Shown: in pieces, positions 1 through 8,386 of the stretch
Layout: each line of letters begins with the position of its first letter
Numbering within the stretch: the stretch's first letter is position 1
Source of the DNA: Alphaproteobacteria bacterium
GTDB lineage: Bacteria; Pseudomonadota; Alphaproteobacteria; Rs-D84
Reading direction: 5' to 3'
Length of the DNA: 49,617 nt
Assembly (NCBI GenBank): GCA_016927395.1
Contig: JAFGMU010000009.1
Span: forward strand, 1 to 49,617
Made by a program: the position numbers and the translations under genes
Notes under the pieces: model-generated
The model's input: the letters and a program-made list of their open reading frames with translations, nothing else
Told to the model about the DNA's origin: nothing
Database searches by the model: none

Positions 1-1749
1 GGTGCTTTTCCGAATTTGTTGGCAAATGGTGGTATGGGAATTGCAGTTGGTATGGCTACAAATATTCCGACACACAATGTTTCTGAAATTTGTGATGCTT
101 TGAACTTAATAATTGATAAGCCAGATTCTACTACTGCCCAAATTATGAAAAAAATGGTCGGGCCTGATTTTCCGACAGGTGGTATTTTAATTGATGATTT
201 TGATACTATTGTTAAAAACTATGAAACAGGTCGTGGGGCATTTCGTATTCGTGCGAAATGGGAAGTTGAAAAACTGGATCGTGGGGCCGAGCAGGTTGTA
301 ATCACAGAAATTCCATACGGTGTTGTAAAATCAAAACTGGTTGAACAAATTGCTGAATTAATTGACGCAAAAAAGCTGCCTTTGGTTGATGACATTGTTG
401 ATGAATCAACAACAGATATTCGTATAGTAATAACACCAAAATCGCGCAATGTTCCAGCTGATAAAATGATGGCGCATTTGTTTGCTATGACTGATTTAGA
501 GTCACGTTTTAATATGAATTTTAATGTGATTGACTCGGCTGGTGCACCACGTGTTATGAAAATCGGCGAAGTTTTGAACGAATTCGTTGCGCATCAGAAA
601 GTTGTTTTACAACGCAGAACTAATTGGCGTCTGAAAAATATAGAACGCAGATTGGAAATTTTGGGCGGTTTGTTAGTTGTATATTTGAACCTGGATCGTG
701 TAATTGAAATAATAAGAAACGAAGATGATGCTAAGTCTATTTTGATGGCAGAATTCAGTTTAAATGAAATCCAGGTAGAGGCAATTTTGAATACTCGCCT
801 GCGTTCTTTGCGTAAATTAGAAGAAATGGAAATAAGACGCGAAGACAAAGAATTAAGAGATGAACAGAAAAAATTACAGGCTTTGTTGGCGGATGAAAAT
901 GCCCAGAATGATCAGTTAAAGGCTTGGTTTGCGGATATCAAAAAGACTTATGATAAAAAGACCACACTGGGTCGTCGTCGCACAGCATGGGATAACGAAG
1001 TAGAAGATATTGTCGTAAATGCAGATGAATTTATCGAAAAAGAACCGCTGACAATAATTTTATCAACGATGGGTTGGATTCGTGCAGCCAAGGGTCATCT
1101 GGATTTGAATTCGTTGGATTTGAAATTCAAAGAAGGTGACGAATTACAAACAGCATTGCATGCCCAAAGCACCGATAAAATAAATATATTCGTCAGTTCC
1201 GGTAAAATGTTCACATTGTCTGCAAATGATTTACCGTCTGCACGCGGATTTGGTGAATCGGTTCGTATGATGGCAGATATTGGTGCTGATGAAAATATTT
1301 TGCGTATGTTTGTTCTGAATTCAGAATCTAAGTATTTATTGGTTTCGCGTCATGGAAATGGATTTATTATTTCAGGTGAAAACTGCCTGTCACAAACCAA
1401 AAATGGTAAACAGGTTATGAATGTAGATGATAAAAATCCGGCAACATTGTGTGTTGATGTTAATGGTGAATATGTTGCAATATCCGGATCAAACGACAAA
1501 ATTTTAATATTTAATACATCTGAAATTCCAGAAATGGCACGCGGCAAAGGTGTAATATTGCAAAAATATAATGCTGAACGTACTTATGTTTTGGATGCGA
1601 TGTTCTTTGATTCTGATACTGGATTTGGGTGGACAAATGGTCGTGGTACAACAAAAATGGACGATTGGCAGCCATGGGTTGGTAAACGTGCAACCCAGGG
1701 ACGTACAATACCAGTTGGATTTCCGCGTAACGGAAAATTTGGAAAATAA
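1..1749 (+). CDS. parC: DNA topoisomerase IV subunit A, C-terminal ~580 aa (5' end outside window)
   Basis: Frame is open from nt 1. GAFPNLLANGGMGIAVGMATNIPTHN is the conserved GyrA/ParC core motif. No GyrA-box, and the inferred total length (~740 aa) favours ParC over GyrA. Confidence 0.85.
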   Translation, partial: GAFPNLLANGGMGIAVGMATNIPTHNVSEICDALNLIIDKPDSTTAQIMKKMVGPDFPTGGILIDDFDTIVKNYETGRGAFRIRAKWEVEKLDRGAEQVVITEIPYGVVKSKLVEQIAELIDAKKLPLVDDIVDESTTDIRIVITPKSRNVPADKMMAHLFAMTDLESRFNMNFNVIDSAGAPRVMKIGEVLNEFVAHQKVVLQRRTNWRLKNIERRLEILGGLLVVYLNLDRVIEIIRNEDDAKSILMAEFSLNEIQVEAILNTRLRSLRKLEEMEIRREDKELRDEQKKLQALLADENAQNDQLKAWFADIKKTYDKKTTLGRRRTAWDNEVEDIVVNADEFIEKEPLTIILSTMGWIRAAKGHLDLNSLDLKFKEGDELQTALHAQSTDKINIFVSSGKMFTLSANDLPSARGFGESVRMMADIGADENILRMFVLNSESKYLLVSRHGNGFIISGENCLSQTKNGKQVMNVDDKNPATLCVDVNGEYVAISGSNDKILIFNTSEIPEMARGKGVILQKYNAERTYVLDAMFFDSDTGFGWTNGRGTTKMDDWQPWVGKRATQGRTIPVGFPRNGKFGK

Positions 1750-1785
1750 AAATTAATAGAATTCGTATTAAATATTATTTCAAAT

Positions 1786-1812
1786 AAAAAACCACCAAAA
1801 GGTGGTTTTTTA
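1786..1812. terminator. bidirectional intrinsic terminator between parC and rpmG
   Basis: aaaaaACCACCaaaaGGTGGTttttt hairpin flanked by an A-run and a T-run. Confidence 0.8.
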
Positions 1813-1828
1813 TTTGAATTTTTCTAAA

Positions 1829-2008
1829 TTACTTAGGCATTTTAGCTTCTGTAAATACAACATGTTTACGCAATTTTGGATCGTATTTACGGAATTTCAT
1901 TTTACCCTGAGTATTTTCAGATTTAGTATTTTTTGTGGTTGTGTAGAAATAGCCGGTTTCTTTGTTTTCCAGCTTTACAACTTCTTTGCTACCTTTTTTA
2001 GATGCCAT
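1829..2008 (-). CDS. rpmG: 50S ribosomal protein L33
   Basis: Own minus-strand translation: MASKKGSKEVVKLENKETGYFYTTTKNTKSENTQGKMKFRKYDPKLRKHVVFTEAKMPK (59 aa, below the ORF-track cutoff). Typical L33 sequence. Confidence 0.9.
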   Translation of the reverse strand: MASKKGSKEVVKLENKETGYFYTTTKNTKSENTQGKMKFRKYDPKLRKHVVFTEAKMPK

Positions 2009-2098
2009 TTTGATATACCTTTATTATTGCTCTGGCGATTTTAAGTTAAATTTTACTGGAAATCAAGTTATTTTTATCATAAAGTGTTTCACAATCGT

Positions 2099-2183
<85 letters not shown>

Positions 2184-2202
2184 TTTAATATAAAATTGTT
2201 TT

Positions 2203-2796
2203 TTATCTGAAGTTAGCAGCCAAAAAAATCATATTATTTGTTCTATACATGCAATAAATAATATCTTTAGTAAGACTAAATAATAAAGCCTCTCTTTTTA
2301 TTTTTAAACGATTTTCAATAATCTCTAATTGTTTTTTGTCCATCATACTTTCATAAGCATATATATTAGAAGTAAAATCACCTTGGTTTTGGATTTTCGT
2401 TAATGTATTTAAATAGCTCGGAAAAGTTCCCTTTAAAATGTTTGTTTCAATTTTTTTATTATCATTTTCCAAAACTATGGGTATAAGACTGTTTGTTTCC
2501 ACAGAAAAGAATTTCTGATACAAGTTGTCGTAATTTGATACCAAAGATGTATATTTATCTTTTGCAGTACCAAGTCTTGTTAGATTTGGTTTTTGTATCA
2601 TTATATTTTTTACTGGCATTTGTTCACCAACAATAGCTTCATTGAATTCAATCAACATGCTGTTGTCAGATGCTGCATAAAAACGTTTACCATTTGAATC
2701 AAAAATGTTTATGCAACGAAATTCAGGATGAGTCGGATTTTTTGGAATAATATAAGAAGCCTTTAATAAATATTCTGTATTTAATAACACTGCCAT
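2203..2796 (-). CDS. hypothetical protein (197 aa from the internal Met)
   Basis: Long ORF. I moved the start to MAVLLNTEY (SD-like aaagga upstream) because the 5' extension to 2871 overlaps the upstream lipoprotein gene. No recognisable motif. Confidence 0.6.
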   Translation of the reverse strand: MAVLLNTEYLLKASYIIPKNPTHPEFRCINIFDSNGKRFYAASDNSMLIEFNEAIVGEQMPVKNIMIQKPNLTRLGTAKDKYTSLVSNYDNLYQKFFSVETNSLIPIVLENDNKKIETNILKGTFPSYLNTLTKIQNQGDFTSNIYAYESMMDKKQLEIIENRLKIKREALLFSLTKDIIYCMYRTNNMIFLAANFR

Positions 2797-2806
2797 CTTA
2801 TATCCT

Positions 2807-2929
2807 TTAATAAACCGGATAATTTCTTGGATAATTTGCATCCGGTTTTTCCAGGGCACTTTTAACCCCACATCCGGTCAATGTTCCAATCAAAGAAATA
2901 AAAATAAATAAAGTAAGTATCTTTTTCAT
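2807..2929 (-). CDS. small lipoprotein (40 aa), LptM/YifL-like lipopeptide
   Basis: Own translation MKKILTLFIFISLIGTLTGCGVKSALEKPDANYPRNYPVY. Lipobox LTGC followed by G-x-K-x-x-L-x-x-P as in the small LPAM-type lipoproteins. Confidence 0.55.
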   Translation of the reverse strand: MKKILTLFIFISLIGTLTGCGVKSALEKPDANYPRNYPVY

Positions 2930-2964
2930 ATTTTGATTGTAAAACAAAAATATCACATTGCAAA

Positions 2965-2996
2965 CAAAAAACCACCAAACTGTGGTTTTAATTTTT
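2965..2996. terminator. hairpin terminator (A-run/T-run on both sides)
   Basis: aaaaaACCACcaaactGTGGTtttaattttt. Nearly the same sequence as the parC/rpmG terminator at 1786-1812. Confidence 0.6.
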
Positions 2997-3260
2997 GGCA
3001 GACGCGATACAAAACAATGCGAACCTTATTATCCAAGAAGTCTTGGGTATCGTAGAAATACTGACCGACGCTGACTTTGCGTTATATAAGCCGAAATCGC
3101 CCCCGTCGCCCGAACCCTATATCCCCCACGAATCTATATCCGTATCCGGATTATAACCATTATGTTTGATATTGATTTTCTATCGATTTTGTGATATAAC
3201 TCTTTCATCAAAAACAAAGGCGGCATTATGCCGTTTTTTTTATTACCAAAGGAAATAATA

Positions 3261-4286
3261 ATGTCTAAAGCAGATTGGGCAGGTGCAATTTGGAACGCCA
3301 AAGGTGAGCTAGTTCTTGATATCCACAAAAATCCACCAGATGTAAAAAATGATAAGAATACCAACAGGTCACAACATACATACAGCGAAATAGACTGTGG
3401 CGGGGACTGTGGTGCCTGCATTGCGCTTGTTGTTGACGGCGAAGTTGTGGATGGACCACCGTTTCATAAGAATTGTAAATGTAGTGAGCCAAGCGTCGAT
3501 GATATTGATAATGCGGAAGTTCACGAATCTAATCTGGGCGATGAAGTTGGTCCAAACAGAAATTCTAAACCAGATGATGTTAAATGGTTAAAAGAATCAT
3601 TACATGAACTAGGTTTTTATGAGCCAGATACCCGCGCAGGCGAAAGTGAAAATAATTTAAACGAATATCCAAACCAGAATTTATTTGATGGAATTAACAA
3701 GTTTCAGCGCGAGCATAATCTGAAAGAACGCGGTTCCGTAAAACCGGGCCATCATACCGAAGCAAAACTGAATCATGAATTAGAAAACCAAACAAAACAA
3801 CCCGCAGAAAAGTTCAACTATAATGGTTTTACCTTTAATGGCCCAATAAACCATAAGGACGGTCAGTATGCTGTATTTGACGGAAAATCCTTGACTGTCT
3901 ATGAAGACAGCGAGAAAGTCGCCGAATGGGGTGCTGTTTCTGGTAAAGAAGGTTTTCAAAGTCCTGAATATCAGGATAAAAAATCAACTGGTCCGTTACC
4001 CAAAGGTGCTTATGTCGCACGAAAGAAAGATTTTCAGTCCAGAAGTGATTATGGACCAATAAAAAGGTATACATCTTGGCCTGGTGGTCAAGATAGTTGG
4101 GGAAATCACAGGGGATGGCTGGAACCCGCTTCGGAAAAGAATACTTTGGGTCGCAGTGGTTTTAGTATTCACGGTGGCAAAGAGCCTGGTTCACAAGGTT
4201 GTATTGATCTAACCTCTGGGATGGATGGATTTGCGGATTGGTTTAAAAATAATGGAAAAGATTTGATTCTTTATGTAACATATTAA
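3261..4286 (+). CDS. polymorphic-toxin-like protein: MuF C-terminal motif + peptidoglycan-binding-like domain + Tlde1/DUF2778 (L,D-transpeptidase-fold) toxin domain
   Basis: Start at MSKADW (aaaggaaataataATG). CGACIALVVDGEVVDGPPFHKNCKCS resembles the PP-x-H-x-N-C-R/K-C end of phage Mu F / SPP1 gp7 domains. VKWLKESLHELGF...FDGINKFQREHNLKERG is PG_binding_1-like. The C-terminus (WGAVSG...STGPLPKGAY...GRSGFSIHGG..GSQGCIDL) matches the DUF2778/Tlde1 pattern. Confidence 0.65.
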   Translation: MSKADWAGAIWNAKGELVLDIHKNPPDVKNDKNTNRSQHTYSEIDCGGDCGACIALVVDGEVVDGPPFHKNCKCSEPSVDDIDNAEVHESNLGDEVGPNRNSKPDDVKWLKESLHELGFYEPDTRAGESENNLNEYPNQNLFDGINKFQREHNLKERGSVKPGHHTEAKLNHELENQTKQPAEKFNYNGFTFNGPINHKDGQYAVFDGKSLTVYEDSEKVAEWGAVSGKEGFQSPEYQDKKSTGPLPKGAYVARKKDFQSRSDYGPIKRYTSWPGGQDSWGNHRGWLEPASEKNTLGRSGFSIHGGKEPGSQGCIDLTSGMDGFADWFKNNGKDLILYVTY

Positions 4287-4311
4287 ATAATAACAAGATA
4301 TAGATAATAAA

Positions 4312-4629
4312 ATGAAAAAAAAGAACGATATTATTTTAGAGGTATTTGCTGTATTATGGTTTGCTTTATTCTTCTTTTTTCTTAGCGATTTTTATTCAAT
4401 TATGAAAATTGCAAAATGGGATGGAATTTGGTACTCTTTATGTCATTACAAACATATATGTACAGTTTGGACTGATGTAATATTAGCAATTTTGTTTTTC
4501 CTAATGGGCATGTTATTTGCTTTCAAATTATTCAAAAAATATAAATGGAAAATAATCTGGATACCTGTTGTATCGTTGCCTATATATTTTCTAATAATGT
4601 TTATTTCTATGATTATATTGTGGGCTTAA
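4312..4629 (+). CDS. small polytopic membrane protein (possible cognate immunity protein)
   Basis: 105 aa with 3-4 hydrophobic helices, 25 nt downstream of the toxin ORF on the same strand. The immunity role is inferred from position only. Confidence 0.5.
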   Translation: MKKKNDIILEVFAVLWFALFFFFLSDFYSIMKIAKWDGIWYSLCHYKHICTVWTDVILAILFFLMGMLFAFKLFKKYKWKIIWIPVVSLPIYFLIMFISMIILWA

Positions 4630-4636
4630 AGTAAGG

Positions 4637-5084
4637 TATGGCAACAATGTATACAATCGGATTTTCAGGCAAAAAAGCAGACCAATTTATCGAGGTTCTG
4701 GATGCCGTCGGCGTCAAAACTTTGGCGGATATTCGTCTGTGGCGGGCTGCGCGATTTGTCCCATGGGCATCGGGAATATGCGCATCGAGCGGGCAAGGTA
4801 AAGGGTGAAACCGATGCGCAGACCCGCGCAAGATTAAAAGAGCAAATATCTGAATGTGATGGGCATATCGCGTCATTCGCTAAACTGATAGCGGACAGTG
4901 TGCTTGATGGCGATGTGGGTATGTTGGAAATATATAAAACACAAATTAAAACGGCGACCGATAAAAAGAAAGAATTGGAATCTGCGTTGGACGATGTGCC
5001 CGAGTCAGTAATAGCCACCGATAAATTTCGAACCGCGCTAACACGGCAGATTTTCAATAAAAACACCGCCCAAACGGACGGTGA
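4637..5084 (+). pseudogene. fused remnants: DUF488 N-terminal fragment + serine-recombinase C-terminal coiled-coil fragment
   Basis: MATMYTIGFSGKKADQFIEVLDAVGVKTLADIRLWRAARFVPWASG (DUF488-like) stops after 56 codons. A second frame continues with RARLKEQISECDGHIASFAKLIA...EIYKTQIKTATDKKKELESAL, typical of large serine recombinase tails. The ORF-track version runs into tRNA-Glu. GC content is visibly higher than the surroundings. Confidence 0.5.
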
Positions 5085-5092
5085 ATTATCTT

Positions 5093-5168
5093 TGGCAGCC
5101 CCAACCGGATTCGAACCGGTGTTCTCGCCTTGAAAGGGCGGTGTCCTGGGCCTCTAGACGATGGGGCC
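5093..5168 (-). tRNA. tRNA-Glu (anticodon TTC)
   Basis: Reverse complement GGCCCCATCGTCTAGAGGCCCAGGACACCGCCCTTTCAAGGCGAGAACACCGGTTCGAATCCGGTTGGGGCTGCCA. Close to canonical bacterial tRNA-Glu. Confidence 0.9.
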
Positions 5169-5176
5169 AATGTCTC

Positions 5177-5253
5177 TGGCGGGATTGACGGGGCTCGAAC
5201 CCGCGACCTTCTGCGTGACAGGCAGACGCTCTAACCAACTGAGCTACAACCCC
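5177..5253 (-). tRNA. tRNA-Asp (anticodon GTC)
   Basis: Reverse complement GGGGTTGTAGCTCAGTTGGTTAGAGCGTCTGCCTGTCACGCAGAAGGTCGCGGGTTCGAGCCCCGTCAATCCCGCCA. Anticodon loop CTGTCAC. Confidence 0.9.
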
Positions 5254-5354
5254 AGAGCTCCCGCATTTTATACTCTGTGTTTCATAAATGCAAGCGGTTT
5301 TTTCGTAACTATAAAAAAATCCGCCAATAGGCGGACTTTTAATGGTTTTATTTA

Positions 5355-6353
5355 TTACATTAAATTTCCAATCGCAACGGCTGTGTCGCACATGCGGTTC
5401 GAAAATCCCCATTCATTATCATACCAAGATGTTACATGTAACAGTTTACCACCAATAACCTTGGTCAGGGTTCCATCAAAAATAGAACTGTGGGTGTCGT
5501 GTATAAAATCAACAGATACCAACGGTTTTTCATTGTATCCCAAGATATTCGATACTTCGGATTTTATAGCAGAATTAACTTTGTCGGCTGTTACTTCTTG
5601 GTTCAAATTTACGACCAATTCAATAACAGATACATCTGGTGTTGGTACGCGAATTGAAATACCGTCCAATTTTCCAGCAAGTTTAGGCAATACCAATCCA
5701 ATTGCCTTGGCAGCACCAGTGCTGGTTGGAATCATAGATAAAGCTGCAGCACGTGCACGTCTGAAATCTTTGTGGTTTCTGTCCAACAACACTTGATCGC
5801 CAGTATAGGAATGAACAGTTGTCATCCAACCATCAACTACGCCAAACTGTTCGTCCAATACTTTTAAAACCGGGGCCAGGCAATTTGTTGTGCATGATGC
5901 GTTTGATACAATCTTGTCTTCTGGTGTTAATGTATTATCGTTTACACCAAAAACAATTGTTTTATCTGCACCATCACTTGGTGCGGATACTAAAACACGT
6001 TTTGCGCCACAGTCCAGATGAACCTTGGCTTTGTCAGCAGCACTGAATACCCCAGTGCATTCCATAACAATATCAACCCCCATTTCACCCCAAGGTAATT
6101 TAGAAGGATCTTTTTCAGATAAACATTTAATTTTGTGGTCACCAACAATAATATAACCATCTTCGAATTTTACATCCATTGGTAGTTTCCCATGAACCGA
6201 GTCATATTCCAACAAATGTGCGTTTTCTTCAACAGGTGCTAGATCGTTTAATGCTACAAACTCTAAATCATCACGACCGGATTCCAATGCTGCACGCAAA
6301 ACCAGACGACCAATTCTACCAAAACCATTTATGGCTACTTTTATTTTTGACAT
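5355..6353 (-). CDS. gap: glyceraldehyde-3-phosphate dehydrogenase
   Basis: MSKIKVAINGFGRIGR Rossmann N-terminus, SNASCTTNCLAP active-site motif, WYDNEWGFS C-terminal motif. Start set at the internal Met (332 aa). Confidence 0.95.
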   Translation of the reverse strand: MSKIKVAINGFGRIGRLVLRAALESGRDDLEFVALNDLAPVEENAHLLEYDSVHGKLPMDVKFEDGYIIVGDHKIKCLSEKDPSKLPWGEMGVDIVMECTGVFSAADKAKVHLDCGAKRVLVSAPSDGADKTIVFGVNDNTLTPEDKIVSNASCTTNCLAPVLKVLDEQFGVVDGWMTTVHSYTGDQVLLDRNHKDFRRARAAALSMIPTSTGAAKAIGLVLPKLAGKLDGISIRVPTPDVSVIELVVNLNQEVTADKVNSAIKSEVSNILGYNEKPLVSVDFIHDTHSSIFDGTLTKVIGGKLLHVTSWYDNEWGFSNRMCDTAVAIGNLM

Positions 6354-6466
6354 ATTTTTCTTCCTTTTTATTTTTATTAGACGCCATTTTAGCATTATAA
6401 AAATATAAAACAAAATGATTTTTTTAAATAAAATATTATTGGAAATACCGATTTGTACATGTTAGC

Positions 6467-7495
6467 ATGTTACATCCCACAAGGAGTATAGCAGTGGAAA
6501 GAAAAATAGATTTGGTTTATTTGTGGCTGGATGGTAATGATAAAAATTGGCGTCGCGAAAAAGACAAATGGCAAGCTGTCGAGTCTGGTAAGGTTAAACT
6601 GGCAGAAGAGGGTACAGTCGAAGCCAGATGGCGTGAAAACGATGAATTAAAATATTCGCTGCGCAGTGTTGCCAAGTTTGCACCCTGGATAAATCATATT
6701 TATATAGTTACTGGGTTTGGTCAGATTCCGAGCTGGCTGGATACAAAAAACCCAAAGATTACAATCGTTGATCATAGTGAAATTATGCCTGTGGACGCTT
6801 TGCCGACTTTTAATTCGACAGCAATAGAATGTGGTATTACAAATATTCCTGGGTTGTCAGAATATTTTCTGCATGCAAACGATGATACTTTTTTTGGGCG
6901 TAATTTATCTCCTTCGTATTTCTTTGACGATTGTGGAAGAACTATTGTTTGGTATAACAAAGATAGAAAAATAAAATCGTATTCAGAAAGTTTTATAAAT
7001 GCTGGTTCTGAATATCGCAGTATTATTTATAACTCCGCCAGGGTTATAGAGCTGTTATTTGGTGTCAAAAAATACAGATTAGTACCATGCCACAATATCG
7101 AACCGTACAGAAAATCCAGAATAAAAGAAGTATTACAAAATCCACTGGTTGATGTTTATATACAAAAAACAATACGCAGAAAATTCAGAAACAAATTTGA
7201 TATTCAAAGATGGTTTTTTACACTGTATGATATTGTTTTTGGTAATGCTGTAACGCGTCGTGTTCGTACAAAGAAAAGAATGTTTTATCATTTATATAAA
7301 GTAATCGATTTGTTTTATTCTGGATTCCGCGACAGCCCGGCATATACAACTAATGCTAAAAAAAGATGGTTAAATAAATTCAGACCACCGCTTTTCTGTA
7401 TTAACGATACACAGGTAAACACAAAACAGGATGATATTGACAATATGGAATTTCTGAGAAATTTCTTGCCTGAAAAATCTGAGTTTGAAAAATAA
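6467..7495 (+). CDS. Stealth-family capsular polysaccharide (hexose-1-phosphate) phosphotransferase
   Basis: Stealth CR1/CR2-like blocks: IDLVYLWLDGNDKNW, ENDELKYSLRSVAKFAPWINHIYIVTGFGQIPSWL, TFNSTAIE, FLHANDDTFF. Confidence 0.75.
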   Translation: MLHPTRSIAVERKIDLVYLWLDGNDKNWRREKDKWQAVESGKVKLAEEGTVEARWRENDELKYSLRSVAKFAPWINHIYIVTGFGQIPSWLDTKNPKITIVDHSEIMPVDALPTFNSTAIECGITNIPGLSEYFLHANDDTFFGRNLSPSYFFDDCGRTIVWYNKDRKIKSYSESFINAGSEYRSIIYNSARVIELLFGVKKYRLVPCHNIEPYRKSRIKEVLQNPLVDVYIQKTIRRKFRNKFDIQRWFFTLYDIVFGNAVTRRVRTKKRMFYHLYKVIDLFYSGFRDSPAYTTNAKKRWLNKFRPPLFCINDTQVNTKQDDIDNMEFLRNFLPEKSEFEK

Positions 7496-7519
7496 TCACA
7501 ATAACAATTGGATTTATTT

Positions 7520-8314
7520 ATGCCAAAAGTATCAATAATTATGCCAGCATTCAATGATGGTAAGTACATAGATCTTGCCATAAACAGTGTATTGGAACAA
7601 ACATTCAAAGATTGGGAATTGATAATCATAAATGATGGCAGTTCTGATGATACTTTGAACATAGCAAAAAAATATGCCGCAAAAGATTCCAGAATAACAG
7701 TTTTGTCCCAGGAAAATCAGGGTACAGTTTTTACAAAAAACAGGGGTATAAAAATGGCTGTTGGTGAATATATTTTACCACTTGATGCCGATGATAGAAT
7801 GACCCAAAAGTGTGTTGAAACTTTGTATAATAAAATTGTTGGTTCAAAATATGGTGTTGTTGCCCCATCATCTGCAAAATTTGGACTGAAAAACGAATTT
7901 GATGACAGACAAAAACCCAGCTTTATAAACATGTGTTTGGGAAATAAGATTGTTAATACGTCTATGTTTCGAAAATCGGATTGGGAAAAATATGGCGGAT
8001 ATGATTTGGATTTTAAACGTGGCATAGAAGATTATGCTTTTTGGATGAATTTTGTAAAAGACAGAAAAAGAATTTATCGTGTTCCAGAATTATTGTTTTA
8101 CTTTCGTATAAAAAATGTCGATGAATCCAGACAGAAAAAAGCAGACCAAGTTTATAGTGAACTGATGGAAATAATGTTTCAAAAGTATCCTATTATGAAA
8201 CGTGTTCGGAAATTGTATTATGTTTTGGGTATCAAGAGAACAAGCAGGTTTAATATCGTCAGATTATTGAAAATTCCAATATTTATTTTTCCAAGATTGG
8301 ATAAAAAAGAATAA
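7520..8314 (+). CDS. family 2 glycosyltransferase
   Basis: MPKVSIIMPAFNDGKYIDLAINSVLEQTFKDWELIIINDGSSDDT and a DAD(D) motif. Start set at the ATG (track start is TTG). Confidence 0.85.
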   Translation: MPKVSIIMPAFNDGKYIDLAINSVLEQTFKDWELIIINDGSSDDTLNIAKKYAAKDSRITVLSQENQGTVFTKNRGIKMAVGEYILPLDADDRMTQKCVETLYNKIVGSKYGVVAPSSAKFGLKNEFDDRQKPSFINMCLGNKIVNTSMFRKSDWEKYGGYDLDFKRGIEDYAFWMNFVKDRKRIYRVPELLFYFRIKNVDESRQKKADQVYSELMEIMFQKYPIMKRVRKLYYVLGIKRTSRFNIVRLLKIPIFIFPRLDKKE

Positions 8315-8386
8315 AGAAATATTCAATATAACTGGCATGTGTTAAAAAAATATGCTAAAAAAAGTTAAATAATACAAGGTTGCAAG

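Larger units (their letters stand above)
2996..5090. mobile_element. decayed integrative-element remnant next to tRNA-Glu/tRNA-Asp
   Basis: GC-richer non-coding or broken segments (about 3000-3160 and 4637-5084) flank a toxin/membrane-protein pair. A serine-recombinase C-terminal remnant abuts the tRNA genes. Confidence 0.45.

Noticed and set aside
1802-2044. 80-aa plus-strand ORF
   Set aside because: It is antisense to the clearly recognisable rpmG (L33) gene.
3000-3130. Minus-strand GGGGGCGATTTCGGC... read as a possible tmRNA 5' end
   Set aside because: No T-arm/CCA partner, and no Ala-resume codon or plausible tag ending in an AA-stop. The resemblance is limited to a G-run.
5161-5796. 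211-aa plus-strand ORF (and the 108-aa minus ORF 5086-5412)
   Set aside because: They overlap tRNA-Asp and tRNA-Glu and the antisense of gap, so they are spurious.
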